64,000 bases of DNA from an uncultured Oscillospiraceae bacterium (GCA_964490975.1 CAZBEQ010000002.1:75900-139899), one strand, 5' to 3'; shown: positions 29,694 to 43,544, counted from the stretch's first letter. Translations and numbers: made by a program. The notes: generated by a model from the letters alone, not told the origin.

Positions 29694-31331
29694 TCATCTT
29701 TCATCTGACATGTTTTTATTGTCCAGGAGTCCTTTGTACTTCTCCGGCAATAAATCCTTGTCGTCGCATTCATCAATAGCCAGCATCGTCATGAATTGTA
29801 CCTGCTGCGTACTTGGACGGCATCTTTTTATTGCCTCTGACATTATTTCCGCAGTAAGAGTATTCCCGTCCAGCTCATCCTCGTTTGCCAGTTCATAGGC
29901 CTTCCTGACAACTGTTTCTATCTCGGCGCCGGTATAGTTTTCCGTTTCTTGCGCAAATGGCATGAAGTCTTCTATGTTAGTGTCAAAGCCATATTTCTTT
30001 ACTATAATGCCGAAAATGTCCGCCCGCTCCTCAGCATCCGGCAGAAGTATAGGTATCTTCTTGTCGAACCTTCCCGCTCTTTTCAAAGCAGGATCTATAA
30101 GATCGGGCCTGTTAGTCGCAGCAATAAATATAACCTTTCCCCTATTATTTGTATTACCGGTGAACTGTAAAAATTCACTGAATATATTCCTGCTCACACC
30201 GCTGTCTCCGCTGTCTCCTCTACGGAAGGCCGTATCGATCTCATCTACGAAAACTATTACAGGATGCTGTGATTGTGCGCCAAGCAGGCACTTTTTGAAG
30301 TTCTTCTCGCTCTCGCCCACATACTGTCCAAGTATCCTTGACATATCGATCTTTACGCAGTTAAAGCCGCTTGCCTTTGCCAGCGCGTTGACCAGAAGTG
30401 TCTTGCCCGTACCGGAAGGCCCGCATAGCAATATTCCCATAGGGACCCTTCTGAGGTCACCCTTCATTATGGGTTTGACTATGTTTTTGAGAAGATAGTC
30501 CTTTGCCTTTTCCATTCCGCCTATGTTCTCAAAATCCAGCTCCGGATATATAAACTCCAGAACATCCCCATATTCCTTTTGGAGAACTGAGTGCTTCTTA
30601 TCTTTAATAAATTCGAAGCTGATAGGTATATCCTCCGCCTCGGATTTCAACTTGATATCCTTTATTGATTTCTTACTCAATCCAGAGGAAAGCTTTGAAA
30701 ACTCATCTGAAGTTATTTCAGTCTTAACTTCATTGTCCTTCAGAAGATATTCGATATAGTCCTTGCGCTGCTTCTCATCCGGCAGTCCGACAAATATCGG
30801 CTCGATCCTGTAGGATGATTTTAGCAGCTCACGGCTGACATCAGCCAGATTATCCGAAAGCATCGTGATACAGCTGCCAACAGAAGATATCTTTGCACTG
30901 ACTGACCATTCGCAGATCCATATCAAAGATATCCTTTCCTCAAGTGTCATACTGGCAATATCACCTGCAGGTATTATCTTTTCCACATGATCGATAAAGA
31001 GCATCATTTTTGTATTCTTCAATGCCTTATCGATATAAGGGAACAGCTTTGACGGCATCGCGTTCATCAAATTAGCTGCTTCATTGGAGGTTATTATGTT
31101 GAACTCCTTTTCCATTCCCGCATCAAAGAAAGTCAACCCTCTTGAAATGTCATAAAAGGCAACGATCCCAAAGCCCCTGGCTTTTATGAATTCCTCGTAG
31201 ATATACCTGTCCATGTATCTGTAATTATCCACCAGATCACGGACATTGAAATAAAACAGAAACTCATGGGAAATGCCTGACTTGTATTTACTTAAAAAGC
31301 TATCGTACCAAAATTCTCCGGATGACACCAT
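29694..31331 (-). CDS. classic-clade AAA+ ATPase with a degenerate N-terminal AAA-like half
   Basis: Walker A GPSGTGKT, Walker B VIVFVDEID, SRH ATNRPDLIDPALKRAGRFD. The N-terminal ~290 aa lack a P-loop. AGGAGGGA precedes the ATG at 31331. Confidence 0.85.
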   Translation of the reverse strand: MVSSGEFWYDSFLSKYKSGISHEFLFYFNVRDLVDNYRYMDRYIYEEFIKARGFGIVAFYDISRGLTFFDAGMEKEFNIITSNEAANLMNAMPSKLFPYIDKALKNTKMMLFIDHVEKIIPAGDIASMTLEERISLIWICEWSVSAKISSVGSCITMLSDNLADVSRELLKSSYRIEPIFVGLPDEKQRKDYIEYLLKDNEVKTEITSDEFSKLSSGLSKKSIKDIKLKSEAEDIPISFEFIKDKKHSVLQKEYGDVLEFIYPELDFENIGGMEKAKDYLLKNIVKPIMKGDLRRVPMGILLCGPSGTGKTLLVNALAKASGFNCVKIDMSRILGQYVGESEKNFKKCLLGAQSQHPVIVFVDEIDTAFRRGDSGDSGVSRNIFSEFLQFTGNTNNRGKVIFIAATNRPDLIDPALKRAGRFDKKIPILLPDAEERADIFGIIVKKYGFDTNIEDFMPFAQETENYTGAEIETVVRKAYELANEDELDGNTLTAEIMSEAIKRCRPSTQQVQFMTMLAIDECDDKDLLPEKYKGLLDNKNMSDER

Positions 31332-31501
31332 AATCCCTCCTGTATTGCACACTGCCTGTAAGCCTGCTGCTGTTATTCCCAAGCTTTAAAAAAGCAATGC
31401 AAACAATTATACGTTAAATACTTTTAAATGTTTTATCTATCAATAATTTTTTATTCACAAAATGTGAACAATACTGACATAATAATTTATTGGAGGATTT
31501 T

Positions 31502-31708
31502 ATGCAAGCAACCTTTACAGTACCCTCGGTCACCTGCAGTATATGCTCCGGCCGTATCAGGAACGAGCTGGGCGGCATGGAAGGAATCCAGGGTGTCGAT
31601 GTGGATCTGAAAATACAGTCTGTAAAAGTATCCTACGATCCTGAGCTTCGCAAACCCGGTGATATAAGTAAAAAAATTGCGGAGATGGGCTACGAAGTTA
31701 TACCGTAG
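31502..31708 (+). CDS. heavy-metal-associated (HMA) domain protein, CopZ-like
   Basis: 68 aa with a TCSIC metal-binding motif in a ferredoxin-like betaalphabetabetaalphabeta pattern. GGAGG lies 5 nt upstream. Confidence 0.75.
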   Translation: MQATFTVPSVTCSICSGRIRNELGGMEGIQGVDVDLKIQSVKVSYDPELRKPGDISKKIAEMGYEVIP

Positions 31709-31777
31709 AAGCTCTGGAAAGCCGGACTGGTCCACTCCTGCCCGCCCGGCTCCTTTCAGAGTACGCCCGTATAACTG

Positions 31778-32464
31778 TTATTCAAGGATTCGGCTCTTTC
31801 TTATAGATTTAATGATCGCTTCCTCCTGATTCTTTATATGGCTTTGAGCAAATTGCATTGCCGCACCTGAATCCCTTGTTATTATTGCATCATATATCTC
31901 GTTATGCTCCTTGATCAAATCCCTGGTGCTGCTGTAGTCCTTTATATATATGACCCTGAACCTCTGTATCTGTTCTCTTAGATTGTTGGATATCTGTATT
32001 AGCTTGTCGTTCCTTGACGAACGGTAAATTATATCGTGAAACTCTGCATCTTTCTTGATCGATCCCTGCAGATTTTCCTTCTCCACATAATTGACGAACT
32101 GGCTATGCACATGCTTCAGTTCCTTGATCTCATCATCACTGATACGTGATGCCGACAGCGATGATGCCAGCCCGTCCAGCGTAGCGCGCACCTCAAGCAC
32201 ATCCATAATGTCCTTTACCGATAGGTCGGCAATATGAGCTCCCTTCCTGGGCAGCATTTCTACAAGTCCTTCAAGCTCCAGCTTTCGTATAGCCTCACGC
32301 ACAGGTGTCCTGCTAACGCCCATTTTCTCCGCAAGCTGGACCTCCATTAGTCTTTCGCCCGGTTTAAGCTCACCAACTATGATCGCTTCTCTCAGTGTAT
32401 CAAATATTACATCCCTAAGCGGTTTATAATCATTCAAATTTACTTTTGTAAGCTTCCCTGCCAT
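31778..32464 (-). CDS. GntR-family (FadR/FCD subfamily) transcriptional regulator
   Basis: N-terminal winged HTH (GERLMEVQLAEKMGVSRTPVREAIRKLE) plus an FCD-like C-domain. Confidence 0.88.
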   Translation of the reverse strand: MAGKLTKVNLNDYKPLRDVIFDTLREAIIVGELKPGERLMEVQLAEKMGVSRTPVREAIRKLELEGLVEMLPRKGAHIADLSVKDIMDVLEVRATLDGLASSLSASRISDDEIKELKHVHSQFVNYVEKENLQGSIKKDAEFHDIIYRSSRNDKLIQISNNLREQIQRFRVIYIKDYSSTRDLIKEHNEIYDAIITRDSGAAMQFAQSHIKNQEEAIIKSIRKSRILE

Positions 32465-32510
32465 TTATTGCGCATCTCCTTTATAATGATCTATTTGTTT
32501 TATTTAAAGT

Positions 32511-33371
32511 TCATATCGTTCTTGTAATAATACACCGCCAGTCGCTGTGGAAGGATAAGGTGTCATGTGCTGCCTGAGCTGCGGCTGTGTCCATGAAAAG
32601 TCCAAAAACAGTCGGGCCGCTCCCACTCATCATACTGCCTGCAGCACCTGACTGCGCCATGCACTTCTTCGCCTGTCCAACCACTTCGTGCCTGCCTATC
32701 GTCACAAGCTCCAGCACATTTTTCATATTACCTGCAACAGCCCTAATATCCCTGCGTTGCAGTGCATCTATCAACAAATCTGTATCAGGTCTGTCCTCAT
32801 CTTTGATATCCGATAAACTCAGGTTTTTGAAGACCCACGGAGTCGATACTCCTATGTTGGGTTTTATTAGTACAGTATCAACGCCAGTGAAAGCAGGCAG
32901 GTCTGTCAGGATCTCACCGATCCCCTCCGCCAGCCTTGTCCCTCCTTCGATACAGTAAGGTACATCCGCCCCAATCTGTTTTCCAAGCTTCCTCAGTTCA
33001 TCATTTCCAAGTCCCAGTTCAAACATTTCATTCATGCCCCTGAGTATAGCGGCAGCGTCCGCGCTTCCTCCGGCAAGGCCGGCAGCAACCGGTATGCGCT
33101 TGATTATGCTGATATGCAGACCATTCTTTATCCCAAAGGTACGCTTCATCAGCTCCGCCGCTTTCCAGGCTGTATTGCTGCGATCCTCCGGTACCCATTT
33201 GCTGTCGCATTCAATACTTATATCATCTCCGGATGATCCAAGACACACGGTATCATGGAGCTCCAAAGTCTGCATCAGCATTTTCAGTTCGTGATAGCCA
33301 TCTTCTCTTTTCCGTAGTACATCCAATGAAATATTAATTTTTGCATAGGCTGGTATTTCCAGGTAATCCAT
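32511..33371 (-). CDS. ispE: 4-diphosphocytidyl-2-C-methyl-D-erythritol kinase
   Basis: PAYAKINISLDV start and a GHMP kinase motif PVAAGLAGGSADAAA. GAGG lies 8 nt before the ATG at 33371. Confidence 0.92.
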   Translation of the reverse strand: MDYLEIPAYAKINISLDVLRKREDGYHELKMLMQTLELHDTVCLGSSGDDISIECDSKWVPEDRSNTAWKAAELMKRTFGIKNGLHISIIKRIPVAAGLAGGSADAAAILRGMNEMFELGLGNDELRKLGKQIGADVPYCIEGGTRLAEGIGEILTDLPAFTGVDTVLIKPNIGVSTPWVFKNLSLSDIKDEDRPDTDLLIDALQRRDIRAVAGNMKNVLELVTIGRHEVVGQAKKCMAQSGAAGSMMSGSGPTVFGLFMDTAAAQAAHDTLSFHSDWRCIITRTI

Positions 33372-33505
33372 TGCTAGCCTCAACCTGTGATAAATTTAAG
33401 TATATTATATACAAAGAACATTGCATTTACAATAAAAAGTGCCTAAAATCATATATTTTCAGGCACTCAAAGAGTTAATATTATTTAAATTAAATACAGA
33501 AAATA

Positions 33506-35071
33506 TTACATTTTTTTCATTATGATTATCTGGCTCCCGGGCACAGGATCTTCATTCTCATCAATACCATTGCTCCTGATGAGCTCGCTGACCGTCGTAT
33601 AATATCTCTTTGCTATCTTCCAGAGGTTATCACCCGGCTGTGTAAAGTAAATCGTTACACTCGGCTGGCTGGCCATCCTTTCGTCATCAGAGGGCTGTTC
33701 AGCTGCTTTTATAATTACCGGCACACTGACCTGCTTGCCGACTCTCGTCTTCACGCCGACAAGCAGCCGTACCTCGATATCTCTTGAATTGAGTATACTG
33801 TAGCTGTAATGGTCAATATCCATTTCGACATCAAGAGACATTCCCTCCCTGACGCCTTTCACCTCTATTACCTGGCTGAACGGGATCTCACGTTCAATAC
33901 AGTAAACCGGTTTTTCCTCGTTGGCTGCAAGGTAGAGCACATTACATACCGCAACACCTTCAACAGCTATACGGTCATCGAATATTTCACTGGAGGAAAG
34001 TGAAAGTCTGCCAATAATGTTAAACAACTCCGATATATCCGGGGCGCCCTCATCCATCTCAATGTTTTCCTTGAGTGTCAGCTGGCTTAGATTCTCTGTT
34101 ACAAGCTCTTCAAGCATCAGCTGATCCTTCTCGAAACTCACTCTGGAGCCGGGATTATATGCATCATCAACAATTTCTATTTCCTTCCTGCCACAGCTCT
34201 GTGCGTAGATGCTAAGCTCTGCTTCACATTTGAGCTTTCTGAGTTCGCCGTCGCCATCCTCATCCGCTTCAAAGTTCATTTCTCCCAAGGCAATATCAAC
34301 ATCGCAGGAGCAATCGTCATTTGCACCGGGCATATTGATCATCTGGGCAAATGGTATCTCATGTTCCATAAACTGAATACTCCGACTTTCATCATCGCCG
34401 ATATAAAGCGTGGAAACATTCAACTCGCCCTTGACGATTATCTTATCATCGCCTGCCTTAAATTCCTTGCCGGCAATTTTTACATCATTCCTTAGTATTT
34501 CCAGAATAGCCGGCTTTCCGGCAGGTATATCGGCGATCTCTTTGACATCGCATTCTGCCTTGCTGTTGCCAATATATGAATTAATATTTATAGTGTTTCT
34601 AAGTATCTGTATTCCTTCTGATCCTTCAAAGTCTTTTGTAATATACTGTTCAAGCTGTTCAGAAACTCTCGCGGACAGACTGACAATGGCTTTTACATTA
34701 ACCTTTCTGCTGTTTAGTATCTCGTATTCCATGTGTTCAATATCACACTTTACCCTGCATTGCATACCCTGCCTGGTATCTGGTATATCCATCCCATATT
34801 GGAATCCTGTAGTGGTTTTTATGCTTTTCACAGGTTGATCGGGATCATCCGAAACATACAGGATCTTGTATCTGACCATACCGTTGATCAGTACCTTTCC
34901 TGCCGCAGTATCGGCACCGCTTATCCAGGCATCTCCATCGAGCAGCAATATGCGCGCAATGTCCGGCTTTATATCCGGTACTATGATATCATTTTCAACT
35001 ATAGTCTGCGTAGAATCCTCACCTATAGGTCGATTAAGCCTTACGGCCTCTTTTAACAATTCCAGAGACAT
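33506..35071 (-). CDS. DUF3794/SPOCS repeat protein with C-terminal LysM domain (sporulation-associated type)
   Basis: Repeated beta-rich modules and a terminal LysM (YFTQPGDNLWKIAKRYYTTVSELIRSNG). GGAGGA precedes the ATG at 35071. Confidence 0.75.
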   Translation of the reverse strand: MSLELLKEAVRLNRPIGEDSTQTIVENDIIVPDIKPDIARILLLDGDAWISGADTAAGKVLINGMVRYKILYVSDDPDQPVKSIKTTTGFQYGMDIPDTRQGMQCRVKCDIEHMEYEILNSRKVNVKAIVSLSARVSEQLEQYITKDFEGSEGIQILRNTININSYIGNSKAECDVKEIADIPAGKPAILEILRNDVKIAGKEFKAGDDKIIVKGELNVSTLYIGDDESRSIQFMEHEIPFAQMINMPGANDDCSCDVDIALGEMNFEADEDGDGELRKLKCEAELSIYAQSCGRKEIEIVDDAYNPGSRVSFEKDQLMLEELVTENLSQLTLKENIEMDEGAPDISELFNIIGRLSLSSSEIFDDRIAVEGVAVCNVLYLAANEEKPVYCIEREIPFSQVIEVKGVREGMSLDVEMDIDHYSYSILNSRDIEVRLLVGVKTRVGKQVSVPVIIKAAEQPSDDERMASQPSVTIYFTQPGDNLWKIAKRYYTTVSELIRSNGIDENEDPVPGSQIIIMKKM

Positions 35072-35187
35072 TTGAAATCCTCCCCCCGCATAACAGCATG
35101 CATATATCCTCTCTAAATGTATATTGACAAGACCTATCAAATATTACTGAAAAAATGTGATAAGCAATTGCATTCCGGCACCTGATA

Positions 35188-35222
35188 AGCGAAAACGGCC
35201 CGATCTCATGATCGGGCCGTTT
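35188..35222 (-). terminator. rho-independent terminator of veg
   Basis: Perfect 13-bp stem AAACGGCCCGATC/GATCGGGCCGTTT with a 4-nt loop, followed on the minus strand by TTTTCGCTT. Confidence 0.8.
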
Positions 35223-35255
35223 AAAGGCTATTATGATTTTTTCTCTATCACCATG

Positions 35256-35522
35256 TCAACTGACCAGTATACGTTTATCATCCTTGCAAATAACCAGTTC
35301 CACTGCCTTTGTAAGTACATCCGTATAGCTGTAGGAAACTCTCCTTGTTGTCTCATATTCATTCTCAAACTTGATGATGAAGATGCTGGGATATGAGTTC
35401 TCGATTACTCCTTCTTTAATAAAAGCCTTCTTTCTGCCTTTATTAGCTTTAAGTTGAACTTTTTCGCCAATGCAGGTCTCAATGTTCTTCTTTATTTGAA
35501 ACAGGTCACTCTTTTCAGCCAT
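35256..35522 (-). CDS. veg: Veg protein
   Basis: The 88-aa sequence aligns by eye with B. subtilis Veg (KANKGRKK...YPSIFIIKF...RVSYSYTDVLTKAVEL). Confidence 0.9.
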   Translation of the reverse strand: MAEKSDLFQIKKNIETCIGEKVQLKANKGRKKAFIKEGVIENSYPSIFIIKFENEYETTRRVSYSYTDVLTKAVELVICKDDKRILVS

Positions 35523-35648
35523 TGAATCACCTCATCTTCTGTTTTAAATATTATATCACAAAACACATAGCTTGTCAAAAAAAATTAAATATTATAACAA
35601 GGGAAATTTAATTGTGTCAAGTGTTTTTTTTAAAAAGCTCAAAACCAC

Positions 35649-36548
35649 TTAATGGTAGGGTTCGTTCGGGTAACCTACACGGTACTTTCCCCTAGTTTGA
35701 ACTCCACCGATACCAGTCTTCCCAGTTATAGTATTTTCTATTACATCCTCTGCATCCAAAATTTTTTCAATGCTTGTAAACGCCACTTTCTGGCACACTC
35801 TTACCGGGTCAAGGGCATGTATCAGGTCTCTGAAGGGAGCGCTCGCATAATTGGCGCCTGCATTGATTATTTCCTTGTAAAGCGACTGGCAGGCGCCAGC
35901 AAAAATAACAAGTCCGTCCATATCACTGTTGAACCTTCTGGCTTCCCTTACAGCCTCAATAAAATATCTGGATGTCCTATATGATGCAAGGTTTGTGTAA
36001 CTATCCTGCCCCTTTATAAAGCCATCATGACCGGTGAGCACCAATATATCCGGCCGGTGTTGCGCCAACAGCTCCCCCACCTTCCTCGGCTGGTCTTTTT
36101 CCGGTACATATTCTCCGATAACCTCGATACCCAGTTTTTTATATTCTTCAATACAATTCTCAAGATAATCCTTATCTCCATCCAAGTGGAGTACCTTACC
36201 CGGTCTCTTTATCTTTTCCGTTTCATCATTTGAAGTATCTCTATAAAGTGTTTTTTTTCTGTAGCCCCTGTATTGGGGTAGCGAATAATTGGCATACCTC
36301 GCCGCAAGTCTCTGGTCACCAAAGCATTCCTCAGCCTTTCTGAAACATTTCTCCCTGTATTCTCTCACCCTGTTCTCAGGCTGCAGTTCCAGGTCGGACT
36401 CAGGTGCATCAGCCTCTATCCTGTAGCTGATGCCTTTGAGAGTGATGATTCTTTCACTGCCGGCTTGCGTAATATTGACTATCTTAAAAAAAACATCATA
36501 TCCGTAGGACTTTCTGGCAACGATATCGCCAACTTTTAGATCGCTCAT
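35649..36548 (-). CDS. yabG: sporulation-specific protease YabG
   Basis: MSDLKVGDIVARKSYGYDVFFKI N-terminus and the conserved C-terminal block (LVLTGHDG...FAGACQS). Confidence 0.88.
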   Translation of the reverse strand: MSDLKVGDIVARKSYGYDVFFKIVNITQAGSERIITLKGISYRIEADAPESDLELQPENRVREYREKCFRKAEECFGDQRLAARYANYSLPQYRGYRKKTLYRDTSNDETEKIKRPGKVLHLDGDKDYLENCIEEYKKLGIEVIGEYVPEKDQPRKVGELLAQHRPDILVLTGHDGFIKGQDSYTNLASYRTSRYFIEAVREARRFNSDMDGLVIFAGACQSLYKEIINAGANYASAPFRDLIHALDPVRVCQKVAFTSIEKILDAEDVIENTITGKTGIGGVQTRGKYRVGYPNEPYH

Positions 36549-36664
36549 CTAATCACCACCTATGCTGTTTTCTTTTATCGCAACTGCAAAAATACATACA
36601 GCTCCTGCTTCATAATATGCAGACAAATGTATTTATGTTAAAGTGATACCAGCGGCATTTTCTA

Positions 36665-36693
36665 TTGTCTAACCACAATCGGGAAGGTATAAT
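36665..36693 (+). promoter_or_regulatory. candidate sigma-A promoter for fhs
   Basis: TTGTCT (36665-36670), a 17-nt spacer, then TATAAT (36688-36693). Confidence 0.5.
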
Positions 36694-36734
36694 AGTTATT
36701 GCTACAGATCTCTACAGGAAAGGTTGATCAAATA

Positions 36735-38405
36735 ATGCTGACCGATATCGAAATAGCACAGCAGTGTACAATGAAACCGATCACAGAAATTGCAGCAGGA
36801 TTAGGCATCAGTGCTGAAGAACTTGAATTATACGGGAAATATAAGGCAAAGCTGTCCCCTGAGCTCTGGGAAAGAGTAAAGGACAGAAAGGATGGCAAGC
36901 TCATTCTGGTTACTGCTATAAACCCAACTCCCGCAGGCGAAGGGAAAACTACCACTACCGTCGGACTTGGACAAGCTATGTCAGCTATCGGCAAGAAAGC
37001 GATAATCGCCCTCAGAGAGCCGTCTCTGGGACCTGTAATGGGTATTAAGGGAGGCGCTGCAGGCGGCGGCTATTCACAGGTCGTGCCCATGGAAGATATC
37101 AACCTCCACTTCACCGGTGATATGCATGCAATTACTGCCGCCAACAACCTTCTGTCGGCGGCAATAGACAATCACATACAGCAGGGCAATGAGCTCGGTA
37201 TAGACCCCAGGCAGATAGCCTGGAAGAGAGCTATGGATATGAATGACAGGGCTTTGAGAAGCATCGTGATAGGCCTTGGAGGAAAGGCTAACGGCACTCC
37301 GAGAGAGGATGGCTTCGTTATAACCGTGGCATCAGAGGTAATGGCCATACTTTGTCTTGCAAGCGATGTCACAGATCTAAAGCAAAGACTTGGAAGAGTA
37401 ATCATAGGCTACAACTATTCCGGGGCGCCGGTGACAGCATCACAGCTCAAAGTTGAGGGTGCAATGACACTTCTTCTGAAGGATGCAATAAAGCCTAATC
37501 TCGTACAGACACTTGAAAATACTCCTGCATTGATGCACGGAGGCCCATTTGCCAACATAGCCCATGGCTGCAACAGCGTCAATGCCACAAAGCTGGCTTT
37601 GAAGCTTGCAGACTATGTCATTACGGAAGCCGGCTTCGGAGCTGATCTGGGCGCTGAAAAATTCTTTGATATAAAATGCAGATATGCGGGCTTCAAGCCT
37701 GACGCAGTTGTCCTCGTAGCTACTATCAGGGCGCTTAAGTATAATGGTGGCGTAAAGAAGGAGAACCTGAAGCAGGAGGATCTGAACGCCTTGAAGCTTG
37801 GCTTTTCTAATCTCGAAAAGCATATTGAGAATCTCGGCAAATTTGGAGTGCCGGTAATTGTAGCTATAAACCACTTTGATACCGATACAGAGGCTGAAGT
37901 GGAGTTTGTTAGAAATAAGTGTAGCAGCAGCAATACCAACGTAGCATTTTCTCAGGTTTTTGCAAAGGGAAGCGAAGGCGGAAGGGAGCTGGCAGAAAAG
38001 CTGGTAGGCCTGATAGGCGGCACCCCTTCACAATTCAAACTATTATATGATGCCAAAGCGCCTGTAAAACAGAAAATCGAGAAGATCGTAAAAGATATAT
38101 ACGGAGCAAAGGGAGTTGTATATTCACCTTCTGCAGACAAGATGATAAAAAAGCTTGAGGATATGAGTCTGGACGGATTGCCGATCTGCATGGCTAAAAC
38201 CCAGTATTCTCTTTCTGATAATCCAAATCTGCTTGGCAGGCCCGAAAACTTCGAGATAAATGTCAGGGAGATAAAGGTTTCGGCCGGCGCCGGCTTTATT
38301 GTAGCTATGACCGGTGAGATCATGACCATGCCGGGACTGCCCAAGGTACCGTCTGCGGAAAAAATAGATATTGATGAAAAAGGAATTATTACCGGATTGT
38401 TCTGA
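36735..38405 (+). CDS. fhs: formate--tetrahydrofolate ligase
   Basis: [10 protein letters not shown] start, P-loop [11 protein letters not shown], and a family-typical sequence throughout. Confidence 0.95.
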   Translation: MLTDIEIAQQCTMKPITEIAAGLGISAEELELYGKYKAKLSPELWERVKDRKDGKLILVTAINPTPAGEGKTTTTVGLGQAMSAIGKKAIIALREPSLGPVMGIKGGAAGGGYSQVVPMEDINLHFTGDMHAITAANNLLSAAIDNHIQQGNELGIDPRQIAWKRAMDMNDRALRSIVIGLGGKANGTPREDGFVITVASEVMAILCLASDVTDLKQRLGRVIIGYNYSGAPVTASQLKVEGAMTLLLKDAIKPNLVQTLENTPALMHGGPFANIAHGCNSVNATKLALKLADYVITEAGFGADLGAEKFFDIKCRYAGFKPDAVVLVATIRALKYNGGVKKENLKQEDLNALKLGFSNLEKHIENLGKFGVPVIVAINHFDTDTEAEVEFVRNKCSSSNTNVAFSQVFAKGSEGGRELAEKLVGLIGGTPSQFKLLYDAKAPVKQKIEKIVKDIYGAKGVVYSPSADKMIKKLEDMSLDGLPICMAKTQYSLSDNPNLLGRPENFEINVREIKVSAGAGFIVAMTGEIMTMPGLPKVPSAEKIDIDEKGIITGLF

Positions 38406-38414
38406 TAATGTGGG

Positions 38415-38440
38415 GGCGGTAGGGTAATTTCCCTACCGCC
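38415..38440. terminator. hairpin between convergent fhs and cotS-like genes
   Basis: Perfect 10-bp stem GGCGGTAGGG/CCCTACCGCC with a 6-nt loop. The flanks are not strongly T-rich. Confidence 0.5.
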
Positions 38441-38446
38441 TCATGT

Positions 38447-39436
38447 TTAAAGGTATGTCCTGCAATAGACTTTAATAAATGCCTCAAAAGGCCCTATCTC
38501 ATCTATTACCTCCTGGAGTCTTGTGACATAGCTATTTTCAGACCAACTTCGCCTGCTGTTGTAGTATCGGTTTACTACCCGCCAGAATTTCTGTGGAAAT
38601 TGAAGTATTATTTTCATTACCTCCAGTTCTTCTCTGCTCAAAGGTGCTACACCGCTGTATGAATCAATCATAATACCGGTTTTCGTAATATCCCACTCAC
38701 ACTTGCGCATTTTTCGCCTTATTAGATTTGCCACATCATACACTCTAAGTTCATAACAGCAGTAATCAAAATTAATGACTGTCACCTGTCCATCGTCAAG
38801 AACAATATTGTGATGGGTATAATCATGATGGCAGAAGGATTTTTCTTCTGCCGCTCTTGCTGCCAGTTCACTATAGCAAGACGCTGCAAGCTCGACTGCT
38901 GATGTTTCTCCGATACCGATAAAATGGTCAGCATACTGCAAAAAAAGTTGGTCAAATCTTCCATTGCCTTTTTTGGCCTGCTTCCTCATCTTTTTAATAT
39001 CCTCAAGGCGCTTTGTAAAGTATCCTGGAAGCTTACCCAGTTCATTTTGTACCTTGCAGCCTTCGGGAGCGGTATAGCCGATAGAAGCCTTATGAATCCC
39101 GGCCAGCGCTGCTGCCGCCTTTCCCAGATCTAAATCACTGTCAAAATTGCTCTCACGGCCTTCTGCAAAATCAGTCAGAGCATAGAGACTGTTATTAAAA
39201 TAAAAACAGGGCTCAAACGAGAAAGTAATCAGATACCGATCGACATTAGGAAACCCGTTCGCAACCAGGTGCTCTTTTGCTCCGTGCACAAATTTAAGCC
39301 TTTCAGGAGAAAAAGGTATTCTTCTGATCACCTTGCGTCCTTTGGAGGTCACTATAACGGACGTATCCTTATAAGCAATCACATTGCCGACGATCAGTCC
39401 ATAGTTATTCTCTATTTCTCTTTCTATTCCTTGCAT
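38447..39436 (-). CDS. cotS: CotS-family spore coat protein (kinase-like fold)
   Basis: Kinase-like motifs FCHHDYTHHNIVL and VINFDYCCYELRVYD. GGGGGA lies 6 nt before the ATG at 39436. Confidence 0.8.
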   Translation of the reverse strand: MQGIEREIENNYGLIVGNVIAYKDTSVIVTSKGRKVIRRIPFSPERLKFVHGAKEHLVANGFPNVDRYLITFSFEPCFYFNNSLYALTDFAEGRESNFDSDLDLGKAAAALAGIHKASIGYTAPEGCKVQNELGKLPGYFTKRLEDIKKMRKQAKKGNGRFDQLFLQYADHFIGIGETSAVELAASCYSELAARAAEEKSFCHHDYTHHNIVLDDGQVTVINFDYCCYELRVYDVANLIRRKMRKCEWDITKTGIMIDSYSGVAPLSREELEVMKIILQFPQKFWRVVNRYYNSRRSWSENSYVTRLQEVIDEIGPFEAFIKVYCRTYL

Positions 39437-39533
39437 AGCATATCCCCCGCTCACATCAGGTATAAGAGCGATAACTCTGTACAGTTGCGAAACAATTAAT
39501 TATATGCCCCCAGGAGACTTTCTAGAAGAAACG

Positions 39534-39576
39534 CCAAAACAAAACCGGCGGATGACCAGTTATGATCATCCGCCGG
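39534..39576 (-). terminator. rho-independent terminator of nifJ
   Basis: 11-bp stem CCGGCGGATGA/TCATCCGCCGG (39545-39576) followed on the minus strand by TTTTGTTTTGG. Confidence 0.8.
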
Positions 39577-39607
39577 AAAATATTACAGCTAATAATTATT
39601 TTAGGGT

Positions 39608-43186
<3,579 letters not shown>

Positions 43187-43264
43187 TTATACATAATAGA
43201 TATTCTATAAAAAATACAGTTTAAGATAACCAGGGGGGTTTATCAATACTACTTTCAAGTTAAA

Positions 43265-43281
43265 TTGTATACTGTATACAA
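43265..43281. promoter_or_regulatory. perfect palindrome TTGTATAC-T-GTATACAA upstream of nifJ (operator candidate)
   Basis: An 8-1-8 palindrome about 135 nt upstream of the nifJ start. The outer TTGT...ACAA resembles Rex-type half-sites. Confidence 0.35.
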
Positions 43282-43544
43282 TATAACTCATAGACCTGAT
43301 ATTATTTTAACATTGTTATCTCATTTTGTGAAGTATTTCATTATATAACAGCATAAAATTAAAGGTAAATTGATAGAGTCATTGAAACCTTATAGCGAAT
43401 CATTAATTTTTAATTGCGTCAATTGGCCAAAATTTTAAGTAAAGGCCATTTTATTCATGATATTAGTGATATTTCTCCATGAAAATATTCATAATAAAGG
43501 GCATTTAATAATTATGTTTACCCTGACAGCCTTATAGTGGCCTC

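Noticed and set aside
31502-31708. Orphan CopZ-like HMA protein with TCSIC instead of MTCxxC and no adjacent copA/csoR.
   Set aside because: The CxxC pair is intact. Stand-alone HMA chaperones far from their ATPase are common, so this is not unusual enough for a finding.
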